This document shows, piece after piece, positions 24,321 through 36,899 of a DNA stretch of 64,000 nt. The position numbers and the translations under genes were made by a program. Location of the stretch: positions 1,178,001 to 1,242,000 of the forward strand of contig CATNEN010000041.1 of assembly GCA_950097015.1 (NCBI GenBank). The letters run 5' to 3'. Under the pieces are notes generated by a model that searched no databases, had not been told where the DNA came from, and saw only the letters and a list, made by a program, of their open reading frames with translations. The number at the start of each line of letters is the position of its first letter. Position 1 is the first letter of the stretch. This stretch comes from Macrostomum hystrix. Lineage: Eukaryota > Animalia > Platyhelminthes.

Positions 24321-24781
24321 AGTAGCTCAATCAATCAAATCAATCATTAGCTCATCTGGCACAGAAAATTCCTATCAGAGTTTCTATAGTCCAAGGGATT
24401 CTAATTTCTGCCCATTCGCATTTACCAGCCGGGTGTCTGCGAATGAATAATTTATTGAGAACCAGCCGGAGAACCTGGACCCCAGAACACTGCAATGATG
24501 AGTATAGTGCAAGGGTTCATCACAGCATATTTGCCAGAAATACTCAGCTCACTGAGTCAACAGGCCTGCTAAGCGAGTAGAATCTGGCGGATTTTCAAGG
24601 TTGTTTATGAGGGACAGCAGCTGGCCGGTCATGGGTGAGCGGACTCACTGGGGATACACTTTTATTATCCCTCTCGCCGACGCCTCGCGGCTTTGTCAGG
24701 TGGTGGTCGACAATGCGGGTCATGTTGATCAAGGCGGGTATCCTGAGCTTTAAACTTATTTCATATCTTACTAGTTTTTAA

Positions 24782-24936
24782 GGTTGTAGCCTAATGATTA
24801 GTGTAGGACTCATGACTTGAAGGTCGAGGGTTCGATTCCACTGGAACAATTTGTCATTTAGCAAGACACGAGGGTGGGTGTGGCGTCCCGATTGGCCCGA
24901 TTTGGGCAGGTGTAATCGATTATTATTATTATTATT
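24782..24936 (+). mobile_element. tRNA-derived SINE with (ATT)n tail
   Basis: A-box-like TAGCCTAATG, CTCATGA loop, B box GGTTCGATTCC, short body, then ATTATTATT tail. A second B-box-bearing head (GAGTTCGAATCTC) lies on the minus strand at about 24965-25020. Confidence 0.65.
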
Positions 24937-25336
24937 TGTGTTATAATTGCTCAATCCGAAGTCGAATTCCAACGGCTGAGATTCGAACTCATGACCTCTC
25001 AATCAGTTGTCCTTAGAGTCCAATTGCGAACTAAATTAAAATTGCAGTTTGGTTAATCTTATGAGCAAGCCAATAATCTGCTCATTCTTGCTCCTAGCTC
25101 GTAACTTGCATAAAAAGCGACTTGCTGCTCAGTAACGCGTTGCCTGGCACTGATAAGTCAGACAGATATGTAATTCTGTCCTCAGACTTTATCAAGTATC
25201 TAATAGGACCTGCATGTTTGTACTTCATTCACATTCCATTATTGCATACACTCGTACTATAAATAGTATAAGTAGCTAGCACACGACTTTTGACAAAGAT
25301 ATAAAAAAAACGGACACTGAAATTTAGCATGCTGTG

Positions 25337-26398
25337 TTTTTTAGTTGACTAAATTTTGGTTTTATTAAATCTTGTAGCTCGTAACCATAGCAACTTTTTA
25401 TTTCGATGCGAAAAGCACTAGCCTAGTCTAGGAAAATCATAGACTAACCTGAATGGATGTGCTGGTGACCTAAATGAAATGCTGGAACATATCCAATATG
25501 CTGGAACCTGACTAACATGCTGGAAACTGACTAATGTGCTGGAAACTGACTAATGTGCTGGAAACTGACTAATATGCTGGAAACTGACTAACATGCTGGA
25601 ATCTGACTAATATGCTGGAACCTGACTAATGTGCTGGAACATATCTAATATGCTGGAACCTGACTAATGTGCTGGAAACTGACTAATGTGCTGGAAACTG
25701 ACTAATGTGCTGGAAACTGACTAACATGCTGGAACATATCTAATATGCTGGAACCTGACTAATGTGCTGGAAACTGACTAATGTGCTGGAAACTGACTAA
25801 TATGCTGGAACCTGTCTAATGTACTGGAAACTAACTAATGTGCTGGAAACTGACTAATGTGCTGGAAACTGACTAATGTGCTTTTTAGTTGACAAAATTT
25901 TGGTTTTATTAAATCTTGTAGCTCGTAACCATAGCAACTTTTTATTTCGATGCGAAAAGCACTAGCCTAGTCTAGGAAAATCATAGACTAACCTGAATGG
26001 ATGTGCTGGTGACCTAAATGAAATGCTGGAACATATCCAATATGCTGGAACCTGACTAATGTGCTGGAAACTGACTAATGTGCTGGAAACTGACTAATGT
26101 GCTGGAAACTGACTAATATGCTGGAATCTGACTAACATGCTGGAACATATCTAATATGCTGGAATCTGACTAACATGCTGGAACACATCTAACATGCTGG
26201 AACCTGACTAATGTGCTGGAAACTGACTAATGTGCTGGAAACTGACTAATGTGCTGGAAACTGACTAATGTGCTGGAAACTGACTAATATGCTGGAACCT
26301 GTCTAATATGCTGGAACCTGTCTAATGTACTGGAAACTAACTAATGTGCTGGAAACTGACTAATGTGCTGGAAACTGACTAATGTGCTGGAAACTGAT
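25337..26398. repeat. About 545-bp tandem duplication, each copy containing a 19-bp minisatellite
   Basis: The segment TTTTTAGTTGAC...TTGTAGCTCGTAACCATAGC... occurs at about 25337 and about 25882. Each copy is followed by (TGCTGGAAACTGACTAATG)n. Confidence 0.9.
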
Positions 26399-27584
26399 CA
26401 ATATTCAAGAGCCTGACCTACAGTCTTTCAAAAAGTAACAAGATTGTCGGAATCGTTAAAAAAACAAAACAGCAAAAATGGAGTAAAAATAAGATATTTT
26501 AGACAAAAAATAATACCAAAGTGCTAGCTAGTAGTTGCAAATCATAAAACCATGCGGTAGCAGACTGGATTGCTGTGCAAGTCTTTAAACACTAAGTGGC
26601 TTTGAATAGAAGTTGCACTGGCAAATAATCATATTATGTTCAAAGAGAATATGAGAAGACATTGCATTGTCTCCATGATAAGAAAAAAGAGGTTTGGATC
26701 AAGATTGGATTGCAAATTTGCAGTTCTCTGCGACACAAGACACATGCATTAAAACTCGTATGGTTGGGTCCTCTGGGCATTGGCTTCGTTGCATCCGATT
26801 GGTTTGTTTAGAAAACAAAGACTCGAGGACTGATCAATCTGGCTGGCTAAAATAAATAAAAAACTTTGGACGCAAAAATCGAAGAAAATATCATACGAGT
26901 AGTGCACGCAATGAGACTCAAGAGCTAAAATTGTTAACTTTTCGGCTCAGCCAATCACAACTAAGGTAACTCAACTCAAGTAAAAAATGGGAAAAATTTT
27001 CACGCTGGATAAGATCTCATACTCGGTTCGGATCGAAAAATCGGAATGTACAGTAAGACTTTAACACAAAAGTATTCCAATTACTGTTCATCGATAAATA
27101 TTTCCAGGCATTTATCGATCGGTTTTCCCCGCTCACAAAAACTCTCAGCACGAATAAATCAAAATGGTTTAACTAAAAACGTGAAGATTTATTGCTGTTT
27201 ATATTGTCAGAATGATTTATTATACGAGCTAATTCACGATTTCACAGCATGTATTATAGCAATCAAACAGATAACACCAGACAGCTAAGGCAACGAGCTT
27301 GTCATTCTGAAGTCGACCAGATTCAAGTTTACACTGGGCCGATTCAATTTTTTCTGGCGTTGCCACAGAAATCACATTAATTAATGCAGTGCGACAGTTG
27401 GTTTCCAGAAAGGTGCAGCCAAATCGTGCCTAAGATAAACAAAGTCATTCCAATGTACTATTACCTTATATTCGAAAAAAAATCACAAGCAATCTCAACT
27501 TACGTTATAGTCTAAACACAGAAGAGTAGAAAGTCTAGTATCAGATTCTTCATGCATCCAGGTAAGGCATTCCAGGATTTCGCA

Positions 27585-30500
27585 AGGTAATCACTTCCTA
27601 GATTCTGTTTAGGAGTCGCTAGGTAATCACTTCCTAGATTCTGTTTAGGAGTCGCTAGGTAATCACTTCCTAGATTCTGTTTAGGAGTCGCTAGGTAATC
27701 ACTTCCTAGATTCTGTTTAGGAGTCGCTAGGTAATCACTTCCTAGATTCTGTTTAGGAGTCGCTAGGTAATCACTTCCTAGATTCTGTTTAGGAGTCGCT
27801 AGGTAATCACTTCCTAGATTCTGTTTAGGAGTCGCTAGGTAATCACTTCCTAGATTCTGTTTAGGAGTCGCTAGGTAATCACTTCCTAGATTCTGTTTAG
27901 GAGTCGCTAGGTAATCACTTCCTAGATTCTGTTTAGGAGTCGCTAGGTAATCACTTCCTAGATTCTGTTTAGGAGTCGCTAGGTAATCACTTCCTAGATT
28001 CTGTTTAGGAGTCGCTAGGTAATCACTTCCTAGATTCTGTTTAGGAGTCGCTAGGTAATCACTTCCTAGATTCTGTTTAGGAGTCGCTAGGTAATCACTT
28101 CCTAGATTCTGTTTAGGGGTCGCTAGGTAATCACATCCTAGATTCTGTTTAGGAGTCGCTAGGTAATCACATCCTAGATTCTGTTTAGGGGTCGCTAGGT
28201 AATCACTTCCTAGATTCTGCTTAGGAGTCGCTAGGTAATCACTTCCTAGATTCTGCTTAGGAGTCGCTAGGTAATCACTTCCTAGATCCTGTTTAGGAGT
28301 CGCTAGGTAATCACTTCCTAGATTCTGTTTTGGGGTCGCTAGGTAATCACATCCTAGATTCTGTTTAGGAGTCGCTAGGTAATCACATCCTAGATTCTGT
28401 TTAGGAGTCGCTAGGTAATCACTTCCTAGATTCTGCTTAGGAGTCGCTAGGTAATCACTTCCTAGATCCTGTTTAGGAGTCGCTAGGTAATCACTTCCTA
28501 GATTCTGTTTAGGGGTCGCTAGGTAATCACTTCCTAGATCCTGTTTAGGAGTCGCTAGGTAATCACTTCCTAGATTCTGTTTTGGGGTCGCTAGGTAATC
28601 ACTTCCTAGATTCTGTTTTGGGGTCCCTAGGTAATCACTTCCTAGATTCTGTTTTGGGGTCCCTAGGTAATCACTTCCTAGATTCTGTTTTGGGGTCGCT
28701 AGGTAATCACTTCCTAGATCCTGTTTAGGAGTCGCTAGGTAATCACTTCCTAGATTCTGTTTTGGGGTCGCTAGGTAATCACTTCCTAGATTCTGTTTAG
28801 GGGTCGCTAGGTAATCACTTCCTAGATCCTGTTTAGGAGTCGCTAGGTAATCACTTCCTAGATTCTGTTTTGGGGTCGCTAGGTAATCACTTCCTAGATT
28901 CTGTTTAGGGGTCGCTAGGTAATCACTTCCTAGATTCTGTTTAGGAGTCGCTAGGTAATCACTTCCTAGATTCTGTTTAGGGGTCGCTAGGTAATCACTT
29001 CCTAGATTCTGTTTTGGGGTCGCTAGGTAATCACTTCCTAGATCCTGTTTAGGAGTCGCTAGGTAATCACTTCCTAGATTCTGTTTTGGGGTCCCTAGGT
29101 AATCACTTCCTAGATTCTGTTTTGGGGTCCCTAGGTAATCACTTCCTAGATTCTGTTTTGGGGTCGCTAGGTAATCACTTCCTAGATCCTGTTTAGGAGT
29201 CGCTAGGTAATCACTTCCTAGATTCTGTTTTGGGGTCGCTAGGTAATCACTTCCTAGATTCTGTTTAGGGGTCGCTAGGTAATCACTTCCTAGATCCTGT
29301 TTAGGAGTCGCTAGGTAATCACTTCCTAGATTCTGTTTTGGGGTCGCTAGGTAATCACTTCCTAGATTCTGTTTAGGGGTCGCTAGGTAATCACTTCCTA
29401 GATTCTGTTTAGGAGTCGCTAGGTAATCACTTCCTAGATTCTGTTTAGGGGTCGCTAGGTAATCACTTCCTAGATCCTGTTTTGGGGTCGCTAGGTAATC
29501 ACTTCCTAGATTCTGTTTTGGGGTCGCTAGGTAATCACTTCCTAGATCCTGTTTAGGAGTCGCTAGGTAATCACTTCCTAGATTCTGTTTAGGGGTCGCT
29601 AGGTAATCACTTCCTAGATTCTGTTTTGGGGTCGCTAGGTAATCACTTCCTAGATCCTGTTTAGGGGTCGCTAGGTAATCACTTCCTAGATCCTGTTTAG
29701 GAGTCGCTAGGTAATCACTTCCTAGATTCTGTTTAGGAGTCGCTAGGTAATCACTTCCTAGATCCTGTTTAGGAGTCGCTAGGTAATCACTTCCTAGATT
29801 CTGTTTAGGAGTCGCTAGGTAATCACTTCCTAGATTCTGTTTAGGAGTCGCTAGGTAATCACTTCCTAGATTCTGTTTAGGAGTCGCTAGGTAATCACTT
29901 CCTAGATTCTGTTTAGGAGTCGCTAGGTAATCACTTCCTAGATTCTGTTTAGGAGTCGCTAGGTAATCACTTCCTAGATTCTGTTTAGGAGTCGCTAGGT
30001 AATCACTTCCTAGATCCTGTTTAGGAGTCGCTAGGTAATCACTTCCTAGATTCTGTTTAGGAGTCGCTAGGTAATCACTTCCTAGATTCTGTTTAGGGGT
30101 CGCTAGGTAATCACTTCCTAGATTCTGTTTAGGGGTCGCTAGGTAATCACTTCCTAGATCCTGTTTAGGAGTCGCTAGGTAATCACTTCCTAGATTCTGT
30201 TTAGGGGTCGCTAGGTAATCACTTCCTAGATCCTGTTTAGGAGTCGCTAGGTAATCACTTCCTAGATTCTGTTTAGGAGTCACTAGGTAATCACTTCCTA
30301 GATCCTGTTTAGGGGTCGCTAGGTAATCACTTCCTAGATTCTGTTTAGGAGTCGCTAGGTAATCACATCCTAGATTCTGTTTAGGAGTCGCTAGGTAATC
30401 ACTTCCTAGATTCTGTTTAGGGGTCGCTAGGTAATCACTTCCTAGATTCTGTTTAGGGGTCGCTAGGTAATCACTTCCTAGATCCTGTTTAGGGGTCGCT

Positions 30501-30932
30501 AGGTAATCACTTCCTAGATTCTGTTTAGGAGTCGCTAGGTAATCACTTCCTAGATTCTGTTTAGGGGTCGCTAGGTAATCACTTCCTAGATTCTGTTTTG
30601 GGGTCGCTAGGTAATCACTTCCTAGATTCTGTTTAGGGGTCGCTAGGTAATCACTTCCTAGATTCTGTTTAGGAGTCACTAGGTAATCACTTCCTAGATT
30701 CTGTTTAGGAGTCACTAGGTAATCACTTCCTAGATTCTGTTTAGGGGTCGCTAGGTAATCACTTCCTAGATTCTGTTTAGGAGTCGCTAGGTAATCACTT
30801 CCTAGATTCTGTTTAGGAGTCGCTAGGTAATCACTTCCTAGATTCTGTTTTGGGGTCGCTAGGTAATCACTTCCTAGATTCTGTTTAGGGGTCGCTAGGT
30901 AATCACTTCCTAGATTCTGTTTAGGAGTCGCT
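27585..30932. repeat. 36-bp minisatellite, about 93 copies
   Basis: GTCGCTAGGTAATCACTTCCTAGATTCTGTTTAGGA, highly homogeneous. Confidence 0.97.
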
Positions 30933-32172
30933 CGGCTTGTAGAGAATCGGAAACAGGCGGCGCCGTCCCGGCCCAGCCTTGCGCAGGTGGTACAAGCACC
31001 AGGCGGCTACGCACACTGCGTAGGTGCCCAGCGGCGCAGTCAGGGCCCACCAGGTGCCCGTGCGCCACACGAAGGCGCCGGCGAAGGCCACCAGCTCCGC
31101 CACCAGAGCCGCCATGCCCAGCCAGCGGGCAGCCTGGCAGCCGGGCGATGTCGGCAGCTGGATGACTCGCCCGTCATCGCCGCTCATCGACGGAGCGCCG
31201 CCGATACCGCCATCGCCGCTGGCATCCACCGACTCGCCAGTCACCGAGGCGGTGTCTGCGGCTGTCGAAGGCAGCGGCCCGGCAGCCACGGAGGCCGGCA
31301 CACGGTTCCAGTACCACAGCACCTGCAGGCTGCTGATCTGCGACACGGTGCTGGAGAAGAACGCCAGCACGGCGTATTGCAGCGGCATGCACAGCAGGTA
31401 GGGCGCCAGGTAGTCCGTGGTCTTGCCCACCGCCCCCATGGCGACCATCACCTTCGACAGGCCGTAGGTTGTCTGGCGCTGCGAGTTCAGGAACACCTGG
31501 AACGGAGAATATTTGTTTAAACTGGCAAGTCATTGACAACTTGACAAACTGCATCATGCAGCTGTGGCTAAAAGCTTGGGGCTTGTTGCACAAATTTTCC
31601 TGTTTGCGGAGCAGATTTGCACCTCCTGAACCCGCTACTAGCTATCAACCATCAGTACCCCAAACTCCCGCGGAGCTCACCTGCGGAAAGGTCTCGATGC
31701 TCCACAGAGTGATGGAGATCCATTCCATCCACTGGGAGAACTGAAGCGACAGGGCCAGCTGCAGCGAGACCAGCACGATCCAGACCGCCACGCAAGCGCC
31801 AGTCACCACCAGTTTGAAGCGAGTCCGAGGAGCAAAGTAGAAGAACAGCACCAGCAGGCCCAGCTCCAGCACCGGCATGTACACAGCCGATATGTAGGCA
31901 TACAGCGGCATGCCAGTCAGCTTGAACACAAAGAAGCTGTTGTTCAGTGCCGCTGTGAAGTTGGCGATCGCCCAGGCCGAAGAAACGCCCTGCATCGTCT
32001 TGTGCCTGAGACTGCGCACAAACTGCGGCAGCAGGATCAGGAACCAGATGGCTGTGCTCACCAGCCCACCCAGGTTGGCCATCACACAGGTCCACTCAGG
32101 CATGTCTGGGTGGCAGTTGTGCAGCAGGACCATCTTGCCTGTGTTGTTCACCACACAGCTGCTATTTGCCAT
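30921..32172 (-). CDS. PQ-loop repeat membrane protein (SLC66/cystinosin-like superfamily), copy A; exons 32172-31681, 31496-30921; 355 aa
   Basis: Two PQ motifs (LILLPQFVRSLRHKTMQGVS and ETFPQ|VFLNSQRQTTYGLS), multiple hydrophobic helices and a phase-0 GT-AG intron. The stop codon falls in the first unit of the 36-bp satellite. Confidence 0.8.
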
Positions 32173-32365
32173 TGCTGTTCAGCTGAAGCAAATTCAATCA
32201 GGTCAGCATGACTCATTTACTTTTTCTATTCTCGAGCTAACTAGACTGTGGCTAATTGTCCCCCTGCACCTGCAGGCAAACCAAGCATTTCATTATTTTT
32301 CAAAGCAGTCAATAAATGTCTCCCTTTTTCTAGTCTCTCCGAAAGACAGATCTAGAGTTTCAGCC

Positions 32366-32718
32366 CTCTAATTACAAATAAGTGATTGATTATTCATCGA
32401 ATTATAGTCTACCACCCAACACTAAAAGTGAATAACTGCTAAATCTAGGTTCTAAATAAAAACGCTACTTTCAAATAAGATGACACAAAAACGTCACAAT
32501 TTTAACTAAAAAATATATTTAAGAATCGAGGGTTTCATTTCCTCTAATTACAAATAAGTGATTGATTATTCATCGAATTATAGTCTACCACCCAACACTA
32601 AAAGTGAATAACTGCTAAATCTAGGTTCTAAATAAAAACGCTACTTTCAAATAAGATGACACAAAAACGTCACAATTTTAACTAAAAAATATATTTAAGA
32701 ATCGAGGGTTTCATTTCC
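32366..32718. repeat. About 176-bp perfect tandem duplication upstream of PQ-loop copy A
   Basis: CTCTAATTACAAATAAGTG...GGGTTTCATTTCC is repeated at 32366 and 32542. Confidence 0.9.
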
Positions 32719-33571
32719 AATAAACTGAGAAATCATGCTAGTGTAAACTGAAAATAAACAACCAGTGACTGAACAGCAAGCGGTAGACATAAAAATATTA
32801 AGCTCTTTAGACTTCGCAAAAGACGAAGGGGCTAAAAGTTCTGAGCATAGCATTTGGAAGACAGCAACCAGTTTGATAACAGGTAAGCAATCAGGCGAAA
32901 AGTACACTGCATGACTGTGATTAGCAGCGGTCAAACAAATCTGTCTCTCCGATAGGGAAATCAAAATGACAATAAAAAGCACATGGAAATTTGATATTGG
33001 ATAAAAAGCTTGAAAAAAGGCACGCAAAGGAAGACACCAGAAGAACCGTACTACGGTCTACAAGCACTAGAAAACGGATTTTAGCAAAAGTCAAGTAATA
33101 AAGCGGATTCGAGCCCGTGACCTACAGTGCTCAAGGCCAAGGTAGATTCCGCTACACCGAGAAGCAGCTCACAATGCAATTTAAATCACAGCTGCACTAT
33201 TGGAAGCCAAACCAAAAACCAATATAAATCAGTATTGCCTAATTGATAAAATTGCACTCAGGGTCATTTAAGCTGACGGTAAAGGTAAATCAGACCAAAA
33301 TAGGCGAAATATTGCAATAAAAAGTGCCACAGAAAAGCGTTTCTACACTTTCGCGCCTAAAACGCGACTTCCCAATTATGGTTTGCAGCTAGCATAAAAC
33401 TTTATAGACAGACTCAGTGAGAGCTGAGCACGATGCCACATGAGTCCTTCATGCCAGTCCGCACTCTTTTGCAGGCTACGTTTGATGACTAAATACTTTG
33501 GGGACGAACCAAGACCACGGCTAATTTAATAACGCTAAAAAACCACCCAAACGGATGCACCTCGTTGGTAA

Positions 33572-33941
33572 TAAAAATGATAATCATTTTCTTTGCAGGA
33601 GGGCTGCGGGCAATGGCACATCATTTGGTGACACTTGACCCGCAGCCAGCGAGGAGGCAATTCTGCCCATTTCGCTGACTCCTGAGCACACACGCACACA
33701 GATACTGTACGCAGGCACACGCTCACACAGGTGTGTACATCTGCCCCTGACTTTCTCATCGTCAGGCAGTGTACATTTCACTGAGCCTTGGAGGTTGGCC
33801 CTCAAGGGCGTGAATTGCACGAGAAGCCCCCAAGCCTTCTCTCCCCGGCTGCGCCCCAAATAAATGTGGCCTCGCCGTGGAATCGAACTTAGGGACGTGG
33901 TGCGTCCGACAAACGCGTTGACAGCTCTGCCACCGACCCCC
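33572..33941 (-). mobile_element. Full-length tRNA-derived SINE
   Basis: 14-bp TSD CACCTCGTTGGTAA at 33558-33571 and 33942-33955. The minus-strand 5' end reads GGGGGTCGGTGGCAGAGCTG (A box) and then GTTCGATTCC (B box). Confidence 0.8.
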
Positions 33942-33982
33942 CACCTCGTTGGTAACTATTAAAGTGCTGAACTTTGAATTAT

Positions 33983-35221
33983 TTACTGACGATGATTACT
34001 GATTTTTCCGAATTTCTCTCCGGACTCCAAATAAACAGGCCTGCTAGCCACGAGCTCTGAGACTGGAATTTCAGGCTGGTCTTCATTTTTCCCGTCATTG
34101 CGCTGCGGCCCAGCCTTGCGCAGGTGGTACAAGCACCAGGCGGCTACGCACACTGCGTAGGTGCCCAGCGGCGCAGTCAGGGCCCACCAGGTGCCCGTGC
34201 GCCACACGAAGGCGCCGGCGAAGGCCACCAGCTCCGCCACCAGAGCCGCCATGCCCAGCCAGCGGGCAGCCTGACAGCCGGGTGATGTCGGCAGCTGGAT
34301 GACTCGCCCGTCATCGCCGCTCATCGACGGAGCGCCGCCGATACCGCCATCGCCGCTGGCATCCACCGACTCGCCAGTCATCGAGGCGGTGTCTGCGGCT
34401 GTCGAAGGCAGCGGCCCGGCAGCCACGGAGGCCGGCACACGGTTCCAGTACCACAGCACCTGCAGGCTGCTGATCTGCGACACGGTGCTGGAGAAGAACG
34501 CCAGCACGGCGTATTGCAGCGGCATGCACAGCAGGTAGGGCGCCAGGTAGTCTGTGGTCTTGCCCACCGCCCCCATGGCGACCATCACCTTCGACAGGCC
34601 GTAGGTTGTCTGGCGCTGCGAGTTCAGGAACACCTGAATAAGTTCCAAAACTGTATTAAGCACTGCATTCATTTTAGTTGGTGCTAAAACTCAAGTCTAT
34701 TTAATAATTCACACCTGAGGAAACAACTGCACGCTCCACAGAGTGATGGACACCCACTGCATCCACTGGGAGAACTGAAGCGACAGGGCCAGCTGCAGCG
34801 AGACCAGCACGATCCAGACCGCCACGCAAGCGCCAGTCACCACCAGTTTGAAGCGAGTCCGAGGAGCAAAGTAGAAGAACAGCACCAGCAGGCCCAGCTC
34901 CAGCACCGGCATGTACACAGCCGATATGTAGGCATACAGCGGCATGCCAGTCAGCTTGAACACAAAGAAGCTGTTGTTCAGCGCCGCTGTGAAGTTGGCG
35001 ATCGCCCAGGCCGAAGAAACGCCCTGCATCGTCTTGTGCCTGAGACTGCGCACAAACTGCGGCAGCAGGATCAGGAACCAGATGGCTGTGCTCACCAGGC
35101 CACCTAGGTTGGCCATCACACAGGTCCACTCAGGCATTTCCGGGTGGCAGTTGTGCAGCAGGACCATCTTGCCTGTGTTGTTCACCACACAGCTAGAGCT
35201 ATGATTGACTGTCTGTTGCAT
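33983..35221 (-). CDS. PQ-loop repeat membrane protein, copy B; exons 35221-34715, 34633-33983; 385 aa
   Basis: Near-identical paralogue of copy A with the same intron position (81-bp intron) and different termini. Confidence 0.82.
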
Positions 35222-36899
35222 GGCACCTCAAGGTTGGCCTGAAACAGAGAATAAACATTTACTTAACTGAAAGAAAGATATGGACGTGTATAAAGTTTTA
35301 TCTATCTACAATTAGTCACAAAAATTTTAAGTCTATGCTAAGGTCCCATATTTTGAAGCTTGTGTATCCCTAAGTACAAACCCCTAGGCCAAAATTTACA
35401 TGGCCAAGATGGGAGCTAAGATCAAATTTATGTTTAAAAGTCTATACAGTATGACCTAAAAATTGTATAGTTATACAACAAAGTTAATTTTATAATTAAG
35501 TTAGTCGTTTATAATAATTGAAAGCTTAAATTAGTTAAATGAAAATGCTCTGTAGACAGCTAATTTATAACGAAAATGAGAAATTATGATAATTGTTATC
35601 TTCTACTATTTGTTATATTGAAATAATAATTCATTTAGAATCTAGCAAATGACAGAAATTTTATGCTATTTAATATGAATAAGTGAATTGTTTCAGTAAA
35701 ATATATGTGAATATGAAATATAGAAATTTTTACAATACTCTCAGTTTCACAATGCATTTTATAATATATAACTTGATTAGTTTCTTCAATATAGCTTAGA
35801 ACCTATAGAGTATAAAACTATAGAGTTTAGAACCAAATTGAAAAATAAAATAATAGAGGAAAATACAATACTTGTATATTTACATATTCAAAACTCAAGT
35901 AATATTGGGAGTTCTTTTCCATAGTTTTCTCTGTATATATATTTGACTATTCTCTCTTTTTCATTATTTAGTATTGTCACAGAACAGTTTCTTTACTAAA
36001 CAAAGCAAAAAAAACTTTTCGAAGGAAAGGGAACAAAATACACTTATACTATAAACCATGAATCACGAGATTCTTCGAACAGTAGATTTACACATAGTTG
36101 GGCTTCATGTACACAAAAAGTCATGTCATGTCACGTACACAAAATCGCTACAGTATATTGTGCAGCTACGGACTACGGTGCTACCACACCTGACTTGCTT
36201 GCGCGATGTGATTACAATTTCGAAAAATTAACTTTTCGGTTTCGAGCTAAGTCTAACAAACACCAAAGCATGAGCAGTTGCGCTTAGGCTATGAACTTCA
36301 ATTTCGCAAAGCTCATGCATCAGCTAATATTTTTTACTGATCAACTAATGAAAATTTAACAGACATTCATCGTTTTCTGCCAAAATGCGTTCTTGTTTCC
36401 CTTATCTGCCAACTACAGGTGTGTCATGACCAACAAATGCGAAGGATGCAAATTCACATTCGGATATATCAGTAAGTGGTACATTCGGCGATTTTATATG
36501 AACCACGCCAGTTTTTTTTCCATTTCGATCGTGAAATCATTTATATTTGATCACAATCATTTATTCTAATTATTTGGTCATGAACAGAAGCTAGTCTATG
36601 TACAATCTAATTACTTTATCTGCACCCACGAAAGTCTAGTAGTCACACAACATAAAGCGAAAATATGTATATTGACAAGAAATAATAAGAAGTAATAGCT
36701 AAAGATATTATTTGTTGCAAATTCAGAAAACTTTAACCGCAAAATTTTGTAAGGAACACACATTTTAGTACAAAATAACAGCTTTTCGCGAAACGTTGTT
36801 CCTACTACGCAATAAAAACACAAAAATGATAGACAAATATTGTTTTAGTTTGCATTTGTCTAGCTTTTGTTTTCAGCATTGTTTCAGATAAATATATAT

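Noticed and set aside
24782-24850. Functional tRNA-Met gene
   Set aside because: I could not form acceptor and anticodon stems, and it continues into a body and (ATT)n tail typical of a SINE.
27585-30932. 36-bp repeat as a CRISPR array
   Set aside because: Units are head-to-tail with no unique spacers, there are no cas genes, and the context is eukaryotic and spliced.
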